Assembly (NCBI GenBank): GCA_964016885.1
Contig: OZ024740.1
Span: forward strand, 384,090,001-384,154,000
DNA length: 64,000 nt
Direction: 5' to 3'
Origin: Eledone cirrhosa
Taxonomy: Eukaryota
The first letter of the stretch is position 1. Every line of letters begins with the position of its first letter. Both the position numbers and the translations under genes were made by a program. The notes beneath the pieces are model-generated. The model was not told where the DNA came from and made no database searches. It worked only from the letters and a program-made list of their open reading frames with translations. Of this stretch, positions 26,783-39,325 are shown in pieces.

Positions 26783-27879
26783 TAACATTATAAAATTAAA
26801 TCACATTGTTTAGAAGTACACGTGAAGTCATGCTTTTCCTTTTTTTTAAATATATATATATATATAATTAATGTGTTAGGAAAAACATAAAAGGCTTGAT
26901 TAGAAAAAAATATCATTCTGCAAGTCTGACATTACCAACAAAGTATGAAAATTATCTTGAATATATATATATACATGTGTGTGTGTGTGGGGGGGGGGGT
27001 ATGTGTGCGCGTGTGTGTGTGTATGTGTGTGTATGCGTGTGCGTGTGTGTGTGCGTATTTGGGCATGTGTGTGTGCGTGTGTGAGTGCGTGTGTGTGTTT
27101 GTGTGTGTGCGTATCAATTTTAAAGTGAATTATAGTAAATTTTATTTTATTTTAGTTGTAAATAGTTGATCGACCAATTGTCTTGTCTTGTATCAAGACA
27201 GATTAACCATTCCATGTCGGTTTTGTGAATCCAAAAGCCATCTAGAAGCAAGTAGAGTGCCCGCGAACGTGTGCACTGGTGTGTATGTGCATGTGAGTGG
27301 AGAGAGAAAGAGTGAAAAGAGAGGGTAAACAAAAATAGTCACATATTCATAGGAAATAGTAATAGAAAAGGATAGAGAGACTACAAGGGAGAAAGTCATT
27401 TGGAGTACAAAAAGATGTAATACATTTAATACAATTAACTGCGGTATTGTTCATGAGAAAAAGGCACAATTGATAGGACGGAATCTGAAAGTCTTATGTT
27501 TTTATCTATATATAGAGTTCTAAGTCGGGTAAATGTGTTACTGTGAAAGGGCATGTTTATAGTGGAGGAATGCGAAAGCGAAAAGTAACTGACCTTCTGC
27601 GAAAGAAACTGACAGAAGTAGTGAGAAAGAATTAGAAAAGAAAGTTTGTGAAAAGTGAATGAATTAGAAAACGTAATTAAATCAATAACGACTTGAGGTA
27701 AGGAGTGTTGAGGAATAAAGTAAATAAGGTAGAAGTTAGTTACTACAAAGACGAAAATGGAGGAACATAATGGAAAAGAAGAAAGGTTTTTGTTTGATGG
27801 ATATAGACGATAATCTTATCCCCAACTACAGACAGAAGAGAACTGAGATAGATACGAGCCGCAGTGTATCCAATGTGTA

Positions 27880-28069
27880 AATAATTGTTTCTACTTTTTG
27901 GCACGAGGCCAGCAATTAACCAGTACATTACTGGTAATTTATTTTCTCGACCCCGTAAGTATGAAAGGCAACTTTAACCTCGGCGGGATGTGAATTCAGT
28001 CCGTAAAGGGACGTAATTCTTTGCTGAAAAGCATGACGTCCGACTCTCTACCGATACGGCCAATCCACC
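27880..28069 (-). mobile_element. tRNA-derived SINE (ATT-tail family)
   Basis: Reverse complement of the 38170/53410 family. Confidence 0.8.
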
Positions 28070-28074
28070 AATAT

Positions 28075-28225
28075 AAATAGTTGTTTCTATTTTGGGCACA
28101 AGGCCAGCAATTATCCCTATGCATTACTGGTACTATATTTTACCGACCCCATAAGGATGAAAGGCAAAGTTAACCTCGGCGGGATTTGAACTCAGACCGT
28201 CTACCGATACTGATAATCCCCCACA
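28075..28225 (-). mobile_element. tRNA-derived SINE, internally deleted
   Basis: B box gagttcaaatcc, core ttgcctttcatccttatggggtcgg, tail ggccttgtgccc. Confidence 0.75.
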
Positions 28226-28547
28226 TCATTATTAATAAAAAAAACAATTGGGTTATTGTGACGTGTATATTAAATGAAATTAATGATTTTAATTTTGAGG
28301 TTGTTACGATAAGTTTTGTATTCAGCTGTATCCGACATATGTCACAAGTTCTTTGAGAAAAGTATAGGGGGGAAGTAAACAGTCGTAGTTATTCATGAAA
28401 GTGATGACGACAGACTTTAAAAAATCTAATATCACTATAATGACTGGTAGGATTTTTTTCACTATAATGAAGTGGGTTTGGTATTTATTGATGCTCCAGT
28501 ATTTATTTAGAATAATTTGTTTCATATTCTAAATAATCCAAACTGAT

Positions 28548-28700
28548 GTGGCAGTATCAGTAGAAGGTCGGACATGTTTTCCAGCATAGTTACGTCTCTT
28601 TACGATCTGAGTTCAAATCCCGCCGAGGTTAACTTTACCTTTTTTTCTTACGGGATGGATAATTGCTGGCCTTGTGCCAAAAGTAGAAACAATTATTGTT
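28548..28700 (+). mobile_element. tRNA-derived SINE
   Basis: A box tggcagtatcag, B box gagttcaaatcc, tail ggccttgtgccaaaagtagaaacaattatt. Confidence 0.8.
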
Positions 28701-29074
28701 ATTTTTAAATGTAATACTAATGGAGGGAAGCGCGTGTGTGTGTGTCCATTAACATATAGACATGGTAACAGAGATTTTAAAAAAGCACTATGACAATTGC
28801 CTGAGACACTTATATGTACATATGAATTATATAGACTTATTTTCTAGTTGTGTGTGTGTGTCTGTATAATACCAGTAGCGTAGCGACGAGATTTTATTAG
28901 TATATATAACATTTATAGATATACAATTCAGTGGTCACACGGTTGAACGTCAGTGTGCCAAATGTTAAAAGTTATTTATTAATCCCTTCAGACTTTCTTT
29001 GAATTCATGAACTATATTTCTTTTATTTATCATCTATTTATTATTTTAATACACCATACTTTTTAAACTTCCGC

Positions 29075-29166
<92 letters not shown>

Positions 29167-29175
29167 ATATATATA

Positions 29176-29376
29176 TAGTTATGCAATAAACAACATAAGA
29201 TACTTATTTCATTTACCAGTGGTTTCTTGAAGGCAGATGTTGTGTCTGTCTTCAGTCGTGAGAATGGATAAATAACCTTATTTATTCTTCTGACGACTGA
29301 AGACAGACACAACATCTGCCTTCAAGAAACCGGTGGTAAATGAAATAATTATCTTATGTTTTTTATTACATAACTA
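29176..29376. repeat. ~200-bp palindrome carrying back-to-back hammerhead motifs (PLE terminal remnant)
   Basis: Arms are symmetric about ~29276. The plus arm reads CTGACGA(29290)-c-tgaagacaga..tctgccttca-a-GAAA-ccggtgg-TA-aatgaaataa. Confidence 0.75.
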
Positions 29377-29436
29377 ATCAGCTCTGTAGCCTACATAGAG
29401 CACCCTTTTTTCCTGTACGACGGAAAAACTTCATTC

Positions 29437-29467
<31 letters not shown>

Positions 29468-29524
29468 AAGACGGAAGTAGAGAATGTTTATATATATATA
29501 TATATAACTTTAATATGTTATTTA

Positions 29525-29566
<42 letters not shown>

Positions 29567-29599
29567 ATGTATGTATGTATGTATATATATATAAAAGGA

Positions 29600-29807
29600 A
29601 AGATCCACTTTCTTCAAATCGGACGGAGGAGACAATATTTCCATTGGTCTTTCCAATTGCTAGTACTATCTATCGGTCGCAACTCCAGGTGGAAGGAACA
29701 ACGTAACATAATGTGTCTTGCTCAAGGACATGACTCATCGCTCGGTCCGGGAATCGAACTCAAAACCCCACGATTGTGAATCCAATTCTCTAACACTCAG
29801 CCACACA
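29600..29807 (-). mobile_element. Second tRNA-derived SINE family
   Basis: Minus strand tggctgagtgttag (A box), gagttcgattccc (B box), gtccttgagcaagacac conserved-body-like motif. Confidence 0.65.
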
Positions 29808-30001
29808 CAGTTTCCTCCTCTTTCTTTTTCTTTATTCGTATTTTCACATTCCTTTTCATTCTTGTTCTTCTTGCTTTCATTTTCTTTCCATGAATATACC
29901 TGTATATTAATTTTTGCTTTTAGTATTGTGTCAGAAAACCTAATATGTTACCCCATTTTCACGGTCTTTCTTTATCTTTTACTTTCCTTTCCATAGTTTT
30001 G

Positions 30002-30074
<73 letters not shown>

Positions 30075-30289
30075 ATGCATGTATATATCCAACCGGTAGA
30101 TAATATCAGCAATGGAAAAAATATTGTTTGCTTCGTCCGATCTTCTGATCGACTACTTTCCCTCTTTTCCTTTATATAGTAAAATATCATATGAGAGAAG
30201 GCTACAATATATCGCCCATCTCAATTTCTCGAATGGGTTAATCACTCTTTCACCCTCTCAAACATATTCCCAAATTCATACACGCACCC

Positions 30290-30333
<44 letters not shown>

Positions 30334-31733
30334 CACACATGTATATATATATGTATGTATGTATATATGTATATATATGTATATATATATACACAATTGA
30401 GGATGATTTCCTAAAGGAAATTGGAAAGAAACCACAGTTAAATAAGGTACTCAATGCAATAGTAGTGAAGAAATGCATGTAATTTATATAGTAATAACTT
30501 CTGCAAGAAAGGAGCTGCTTTACTCGCATATAATAATCAAGACATTCTTGGGGAAAAGACTCTATTCCTATAGAAATTATTTCTATATAAATGAAAGATT
30601 TAGATATTGAAGACGTAGCTGTTATGTGCTGATAATGAGACACTGTCAGGTAAGAATGGAATGAAAGGAGACATATAGAAACCTAATAGAAATGGGACAA
30701 AATAAAATGGAAGACGGTAAAAGGGTTTTAAAGCAGTTTACATTTTAAGATTGATTTTTTGTTTAGGTGGGTAAAATAATATATGTGAAGGAATTTGAGA
30801 AGATGTTTGTGTGTGTAGGTGTAAGTATATGGTGTATTTCAGCTGGCTTAATTAGAGGAGTGGAAGGATCATGAGAAAAAACAAGATGATAGAGAATGGA
30901 ATAAATAGACTGTAACCAAATATAATGAACTGGCACGTTACTGTGTTTTTTTATTGCTGGTCTAGTAGTGTTCCTGTGTGAGCTTTTCTTTAGGCGTATA
31001 TACTGTGTTTCAATTTCAACAACTTGCGTATGAGTAATCAGATTTCCACTAAACAACTTCATTCTGACAGTTTACGAAAGATATCCGTTTCCTGATGAAA
31101 TGTGTCACCGCAGTTTTTTAGGTTTTGGAATCTGTCTTCAGTAAGTAATTTTGTTTGTATATCTCCTTTATATGCTTCCTTATGCTGAAACACTGCACCA
31201 TGAGTATTGTATTAAAACAGTGTTGTCGCACATTGTGGTGTAGTTAACACATCGTGGAAAAGATGTAGTTTTTCTCTCATGCACATCTCAGCTCGTACAT
31301 TACATGATCTCTTACGTATAGCAGGGTATGTTGAATACTGTGGTAATTTTGTTTTTAACGGGAAATTGTCTAACGCAGCAAATTTCTTGTTCGGTGTTTT
31401 TTGTGAGAAACACTGTCTCAGTGTCCACCCAAATAACATGATCGCATACAGATTTTTAAACGCTGTTCGATCGATCTGTTTCTCGTAATATGGTAGGGCA
31501 ATGTATATCCAATTCTGTGCCCCTTATCACATGTTTTAGTCTTAGAGTATATGCGGAATCTGGTTGGAGAAATATGTATTTCATCACCCCTTTTCTTAAA
31601 CGTGGTTGGTAGAATATGGTGAATCAAAAATGCTCCTGGTTGTAGAATGCTCGATATCAAACCGAAGGTTATCATACATGTTCAGGCGATGTTTCTACTA
31701 GATGTACTGTTAATTTATGATTAATTATTTCTC

Positions 31734-31807
<74 letters not shown>

Positions 31808-31808
<1 letters not shown>

Positions 31809-32215
31809 TCTTCTCCTTAGCCCGCCTATTCCTGAGAGGGTTATGGGGCTATAGTTCTCAAACCCTTCTTCCAGCGGATCCTGTAAGAAACAACTGTCTC
31901 CAACTGATCTGGCTCCATCTACAAGCGAGACTAGCCAACATTCTTTCTCGGGATCACTCTCTAGGTCTCCTGCAGGCTGGTTTTCCGCGTAAAATCTGTT
32001 AAGCTATTCATTCCTGAGCCATTATAAGCATTTGACCATATTATTAGAGCTATGATGTCTCAATTTGGAGAGGAAGCGGCTCTACTTGGAATGACTCTGT
32101 GATCTCTGAGCTACACACTCTATCGAGTAACGTTACTCCAAAAACCCTTCGAAGCAACCGCGTTTTAGCCGCTCGTATTTGCGATCCTATTCATCTGGTT
32201 ATTACCCAAGATCAA
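31808..32215 (-). mobile_element. RTE (Rex3/Expander-like) LINE 3' fragment
   Basis: Manual minus-strand translation SWVITR*IGSQIRAAKTRLLRRVFGVTLLDRVCSSEITESFQVEPL matches the RTE C-terminal pattern. Confidence 0.65.
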
Positions 32216-35200
32216 TAACCATAATTTATATATGATTGCGTTTATATATGTTCATGTACTTGTGTAATTGGTCTAGACAGAAAATGTTAATTAAAATGTT
32301 ATTCCTATTCAGACGATTTCTCTAAATTCTATCTTTAATCTGTATAAAGTATTTACTGGCAGTAAATCCGAAAAATTGCGAGAGGTGTTGTTTATATATG
32401 AAATACACAAAAAATAAAATCTAAGTACTTTATCTACGATGAAGCATAACTAGCGTACCTAAAGTATTATACGTCTGCCCAAACCCAAATAGGATTACTA
32501 TTGATGATAGGATGCACTCCTTTTTATTGACGGTTATATCATTGAATCATTCGACATCATTACAGATTAATCTGTTAGGTGCATCTATCAAATATTGGCA
32601 GATTATTCAGAATATTTTCTTTCAAAAAAGCCATACTTAGATTATTTCACCTCTATTTCGAACTGCCTAGCAAATGCCTTTCTGTGTGAATGTGTGTGTG
32701 TGTGTGTTCGTGTGTTTTAGTGTGTTATGAAGATGATATTTGTATACATTTTATTCTGCATATATATAATTTCTCATGCTTTAGATATCCATGTTGGTCT
32801 GTGAAGTTTTGAAAGCTTTCATACAACTGGTATATTTCCATACATATGATCAAACAGTTATTGTTTGCATATCTTTGAGATCTACTTGTTTTGTTTATTT
32901 TTGTCAAAACCTTTATACGTGGATTAGTCTCCATAAAGATTCATCTGCACACATCATTTCACAATATCACAGAGTCTATACGAAGTTTTTGACGTTTGCC
33001 TAAATAAATATCATAAGAGTAGGCCTTTCACAAGTTATGAAGAATGTATCACGTATGTGTCAATTTCATAAGAAGCGCCCTGCTAGGGATTATTTGTATA
33101 TTAACTCGACCTGTTATAAATAGCAGCGAAGTGGCTTCCTCATATCCGATCATAAATATTAGAACGTAGTCTAGGTTAATTGTGTCTAAAATTAAAATGA
33201 GATGGTCAATGGATATAATGCCTCTGATTGCAGGTTGTTTTCGATTAGAGATAACCTACAAAACAACAATGAGAGCGTGACTGTCCTGAGCATATGCGCT
33301 ATTTTATTTCCAGCATCTATACGACTATACACAAATAGATAAGGATAGAGCATAGGGAAATGCCAACCGTAGATTTTAAACAGCTTAATGAATAATATAA
33401 ATCGTGTATGCAACCTCGAACCTAATAAATACTAAAAATAATGTAACTAGCGATCAGTATAAGTTACATAATTAAATGATGCTGAATTGCTGTATTTTTA
33501 GATGCCACAGCAAAATAGAAATAGCATATAAGCTGGATAAAGAAATAGATATATTGCTATTATTATTGCTGATGTTGTTATATACGAATTTTTTGCTATA
33601 AATGTATTATTACTTTTACACTAGCTCTTATGAAAATCAGGTTAGTTCTGATCACGCAGACAGACGATTATGTTTCCTTGCATTGTCTTACATCGTGGTG
33701 TAGATAAGATAAATAGTAGTCAAACACTGGAAACAATTCAATATTACGTAAAAACAACACCTCGCATGTCTAATTTGAAGCCTTTTTCCATTCTTCGAAA
33801 TCAATAACCTTTATTTACCTATTTTTTAAAACCCAAACATTTCTCTATAGTCTTATGTTAAATCTATTGAGATATACCGCATATCTCATCATTATATGTG
33901 TTGAGTAAAACACCTAACTTGATATATAGAAAATAAGAATGTTTTGCTTTTGTTCAAATATTAGTTTGTGAAAAGAAAATTGTTTTAGTTGATTTATATA
34001 ACTGAACAAGCTACACAAAATTGTATAATTCTTATTTTCTTCCTTTCTTGTTTTGAATCCGAAAAAAAGGAAAAAAAGAATAAATTGATTTCTATGATAA
34101 ATATGTTATGAAAGAAATATTCAAGCTTATTTAGCATTCTACATTCAATCTCCTATTCTCTCTTCTTGTGTTAGCTAAATCAGCAAGATATAAAATATAC
34201 TTAAGAAAATTCTATATGAAACCGAACATCTACCAAATTTTTATCCATATTTGCCAAACAATACAAGGACAGGGAACCGATAAAATTATACAGCATTTCG
34301 TTTCAGCCTTCAATGTGTTATGTTTATATGCACGGCGCATGTCCAGTAAAACACTCCTTTTACTCTTTTTCGTGTATTTGTAACATATTTCTAATGTGGT
34401 TATATTTATATATAGGATTGATATGATACCTATGTCTTTTAGGTAATATCATAGACTTTATTAGTACATCATAAAATGAAAAAGGAAATTTCTGATTACC
34501 TCTTCCAGAATATGAGGATGTCAACTATCTCAACAAACCAAAGTAAATCATTATAATTCTTATTGATATTACAATAGACTAAGCATAAAATATATTAACA
34601 AAATTATGTCGATATCTAGATAGGGAATCCGGATTTCATGCTTATTTATACTGAAATGGAAATATAGAGTGGAAATGCAGAAGGTCGAAATAACGGAAAC
34701 AGACCATTAGTACGGTTCAGTAGTCCAATTTTTATAGCATGCTTCACTGCACTATGGAGCGTAGATCTTTGTTCTTTTGATATCTAAATTGTTTTTGTTG
34801 TATTTTGTATTTTGTATTCTATTGAAAGTAACATATGTAATATGTGTACGGTGAGTTGTAGTAATAATTCCAATATTGTGTGTATATCATAATGTTAATG
34901 TATATGTGTCCGTGTTTCTTTTTTTTAAAATAATTCTGAAGTCACCTATTATGTTAGAAAATTAATTTGTTTTTCAGTTCCCACATTTTCGTTACCTCCA
35001 CTCCCAAATCTTTAGATTGGATAGGTCTGTCGTAACATCAAGTATATAGAGCATCCAATTATGTCATGCCTGTGGCTATATTCTCTCTTGGGTGAAACAG
35101 AACTGACAGACACAATGTTGATAATAGTTGTTCATCGATGTTCACGTGTTATGACACTAATACTAGGGATCGACAATAAACGAGTAGCATTGTGGTCCCT

Positions 35201-35856
35201 TCTCCCACAAAAGAAAGGCTAAATGTAATATGCAGCTATTACCCCAACGTCTTGTGGGGATAGTAAGGGAATACCGACGGGATTAGAATGGGAATGTATT
35301 GGTGACAGTAGGAAAAGAATGAATAAGCCAATAATTGTAACCAGATAAAAAAGAAACATGCAAGCAGCTGGAACCTCTTCGTCAACAGAAGTACGCTAAC
35401 CATCAAATGGTACATGAAGTTTACGTTGTTTGGATGTGTTAACTGAACACTAGATACTTTAATGTAGGCCATAAAACTGTTGAGTAAATAATGGATTTAT
35501 TGAAAATATGGTTTATACATATCATATCAGGAGTCAGTTAAAAGCCTAATAGGTTGTGGCATATAAAATATGACTCTCGATTCGATCCGGAACACATGTA
35601 ACTGTAATAGTTGAGGAGTGATAGGTGATCGGTTCTTAAGAAGATCAGAGTTTTGGAAAAAGCAGTTCTCTGTGTTAGTTTCCTGTCTATTACTTCTTTA
35701 ATTTGTTCCAAATTTGTCATGTCTTAAGATATTTCATATTTGAATAACATCGTGTTTTGTAATACCTTTTGCACGATATATTTTGCACGGGATATATGTG
35801 AGTATTTGTGTGTCTTTGAAGGCAATAAATAAACGATTATCCTTAACAGAATGTAT

Positions 35857-35982
35857 TCAAATGCCACCGTGGTTAATTTTGCCTTGTATCCTTACGGGAT
35901 CGATGAAATAAAGTACCAGTAATACAGAGGGATAATTGCTGGCCTTGTGCCAAAAGTATAAACAATTATTATTATTATTATT
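35857..35982 (+). mobile_element. 5'-truncated SINE with (ATT)n tail
   Basis: attcaaatgccaccgtgg..aaataaagtaccagt..ggccttgtgccaaaagtataaaca(att)n. Confidence 0.75.
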
Positions 35983-37132
35983 GTTCTTTGAGTCTCAGTC
36001 ATTGATGTTATTTAAATGGAAAGTTTATTGGATAGAATATTAAGCCGCTATCTGCAGCCTCAGATATTCAGGACGTATCGGAGGGTTCTTGCTGTTCCCA
36101 GCAAGTATGCCTTTTGAAGTGTTCCAAAAAACGGGGCTGGACTAACCTTTAACCATCTTTGGAAACTCCTTGAGATAGTACCTACTGCTCCTATGACAAT
36201 CGGGACGACCATGATCTCATGGCAGGTCCAAATCCTTTTTAACTCCCATTTCAAATCCTGGTATCGGTTCATTTTCTCCCTCTCCTTTTCTTTGACTCTC
36301 GTGTCAAATCAGGCTCGATCTTTTTTCCTTGTTAAAAACCTCTAGGTCAGGCCTTTTGGGTTCTAATTTCTTGTCCGTCTCTATCCTAAAATCCCATAGC
36401 ACCTTCACTTGATCGTTTTCTATTACTGACTCTGGCTTATGCTCATACCACTTCAAAATGTTGTAAATTGTTTGCATAGATGCCAGTGAATCACCTTTCC
36501 TATCATATCATCTCTCCAGCCGTTATAGTGAGTCCGGGCTAGGTATTTACACTCGGATACAATGTGAGGCACAGTCTTCTCTCTCCTTGCACAGTGAGCT
36601 AGCCATCTCCTTGTCAATATAGTGTTTCACACACTTCGTCTGAGAGCTTGCTCTTGCGCAGCCATTAGCATTCCTTCTGTAGCTTTTTTAAGGTTTGCTC
36701 TTTTTAATCAGTTCCATGTCTGTGGATTTCTGAAATTTGTTTTCTTAAAGAAGGTGCTATGGAGGGATTTTTCATGAAGGTTGCTCTTCCTCTCTGCTGT
36801 TATTTCTTCCTTGGACATCCCCTGATCTATTGTCTTCTCTTTCAGTACAATTTTGAGCATTGGCTCCCTACTGTCAGACACATATTTGTGCAGACTGTTT
36901 TTCTCCATCTGAACACAGTCCTCTGTGCTGGTAAGACCTCTTCCACTTTCGGATCTGTTTAAGTAGAGTCTATCAATACCACTCCGCTTGTGGAACATGT
37001 TGTAGATAATCATTACCTTCCTAGTCTTTCTATCCATTTCTTTTATTTCACTAACATTCCATTTCAAAATTCCCGCACTGTATCTAATAATAGACAGAGC
37101 TCTGGAATTTACGGCACTTATGACATTCCTAC
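35983..37132 (-). mobile_element. R4/Dong-type non-LTR fragment A (RLE endonuclease end)
   Basis: EIKEMDRKTRK, IDRLYLNRSESGRGL, RYQDLKWELKRIW, VVPIVIGAVG, LLGTAR. (ATT)n on both sides. Confidence 0.85.
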
Positions 37133-37184
<52 letters not shown>

Positions 37185-37185
<1 letters not shown>

Positions 37186-38085
37186 GTTCTTTGAGTCTCA
37201 CACATTGATGTTATTGAACTGGAAAGTTTGTTGAAATGAATATCAATCCGTTACCTGCAGCCTCACATATTCAGGACGTATTGGAGGTTTCTTGCTGTTC
37301 CCAGCAAGCATGATTTTTGAAGTGTTCCAAAAACGGGAGCAGGATTAAACTTCTTTAAACATCCTTGGAAACTCTTTGAGATAGTACCTAGTGCGCCTAT
37401 GACAATCGGGAAGACCTTCATTTCATAGCAGTTTCAAATCCCTTTTAACTCCCACTTTAAATCCTGGTATCCTTTAATTTTCTCCCTCTCCTTTTCTTGC
37501 ACTCTCGTGTCAAATGGGCTATATCTACAATCAGGCATAATCTTTTTTCCTTGTCCAAAACCACCAGGTCAGACCTATTGTGTTCTAATATCTTGTCCGT
37601 CTGTATCTTAAAATCCCACAGCACCTTCAGCTGATTGTTTTCTATCACCCACTCTGGCTTATGCTCATACCACTTACAGAATATGGTAAATTTTTTACTT
37701 TGCATTGATGCCTGTAGATCACCCTGCCCATCACATCATATCTCCAGCCTTTATAGTGAGGCTGGGCTAGATGTTTACACTCGGATACAATGTGAGCCAC
37801 AGTCTCCTCTCTCTTTCCACAGATCCTACACAGTGATCTAGCCTCCTCCTTGTCAATATGGTATTTCACCCACTTCGTTGTGAGGGCTTGCTTTTGCGCA
37901 GCCATTAGCATTCCTTCTGTCACTTTTTTAAGGTCTCCTCTTTTTAACCAGTTCCATGTCTGTGGATCTCTAAATTCCGTTTTCTTAAAGAAGGTGCTAA
38001 GAAGGCATTTTTCACTAAGGTTGCTCTTCCTCCTTTTTGTTATTTCCTCATTGGACATCCCCTGGTCTATTGTCTCCTCCTTTCT
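37185..38085 (-). mobile_element. R4/Dong-type non-LTR fragment B
   Basis: CRICGKREETVAHIVSEC zinc knuckle, LWDFKIQTD, HNRSDLVVLD. Same 3' end as A (ttgttctttgagtctca after (att)n). Confidence 0.85.
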
Positions 38086-38169
38086 TTCTGATAATCAACC
38101 CTATCGGTAGCTGATCCTTAAGTATGCAGTATGATTGATTTGACGTCTCCATTACTATTATCATTATTA

Positions 38170-38352
38170 TAGTATCGGTAGAGGGTCGGACGCCATGCTT
38201 TGCAGCACAGTTACGTCCCTTTACGGACTGAGTTCAAATCCCGCCGAGGTTAACTTTGCCTTTCATCCTTACGGGGTCGATAAAATAAAGTACCAGTAAT
38301 ACACTGGAGTAATTGCTGGCCTTGTGCCAAATGTAGAAACAATTATTATTAT
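38170..38352 (+). mobile_element. tRNA-derived SINE with (ATT)n tail
   Basis: gagttcaaatcccgccgagg..tttgcctttcatccttacggggtcgataaaataaagtaccag..ggccttgtgcc. Confidence 0.85.
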
Positions 38353-38371
38353 TTTTATTTTCTTTCATTAT

Positions 38372-39302
38372 TGTTTCTGAGATATATGCCGAGTGTATTC
38401 CTGACTCCTAGGGTAAATATATTCACAGTGTGCATTAATATGCCAGTTAATACAGCAGATTGATTATAATAAAAACAAAAGAAAAAACAGTATACATATA
38501 TACACATGTGCATATGCATATGTAAATACAAGGAGGGTTATCAATCTTACAGAGATAGTGCTCTTCTCAATACGTGTGCAGTACCAGTCAAAACAATCTT
38601 TTGCACCTCGTGCAGAGAGGGTAAGCCAGGAATCATTCCCAAATATTGTTCTGTTCCTTTTTTGATATTTCCCAGTCCTCCCACATTCACTGGTATTGTA
38701 ACGGCGTTGAGGTGCCACATTTTCTCAATTTCAATAAGCAGATCTTTATATTTTCGTAGCTTGTCAAATTCTTTTGCCGCGATATTGAGATCACATGGGA
38801 TGCTCATATCTATCAACAAACAGACATTGTTATGTTGATCTTTTATAATGATGTCAGGTCTATTTGCTTTTATGGTCCTCTCAGTATGTACAGGAAAGTC
38901 CCAGAGTATTGTTACTTTTTCTCCTTCAGTTACAGCCTCAGGGTGATGATTGCACCACTTGCCTTCAGCTTTGATTTTGTAATGCTGACATATTACCCAG
39001 TGTAGATATTGGCCAACACTGTCATGTCTATATTTGTATTCTATTGGTGCTAAAACTTTACATCCAGAGACTAAGTGATCCACTGTTTCAACCCCAGCAT
39101 TACAGAATCGGAACTTTGGATTTATTCCGTTTCTCATGACATTGGCCTAGTAATTACGAGTCAATAAGCTTTGGTCTTGGGCAGCTAAGATGAAGCCTTC
39201 ATTCTCCGCCCTTATCCCTGAACTACGTAGCCACTGATGGGTGTGCTTTTGGTCAACATCAGCTTCTTTGCTACGGGCCACATATTTGCCATGCATTTTG
39301 AT
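38372..39302 (-). mobile_element. R4/Dong-type non-LTR fragment C
   Basis: ORF 38547-39137: ETVDHLVSGC, RHD, NRPDIIIKD..LIDMSIP, KLRKYKDL (PD-D/E-K restriction-like endonuclease). Confidence 0.9.
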
Positions 39303-39325
39303 GCTAATTATTATTATTATTATTA

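Noticed and set aside
36708-37205. Poly-Ile N-terminus suggesting a membrane protein
   Set aside because: This is read-through of (AAT)n into an R4 fragment.
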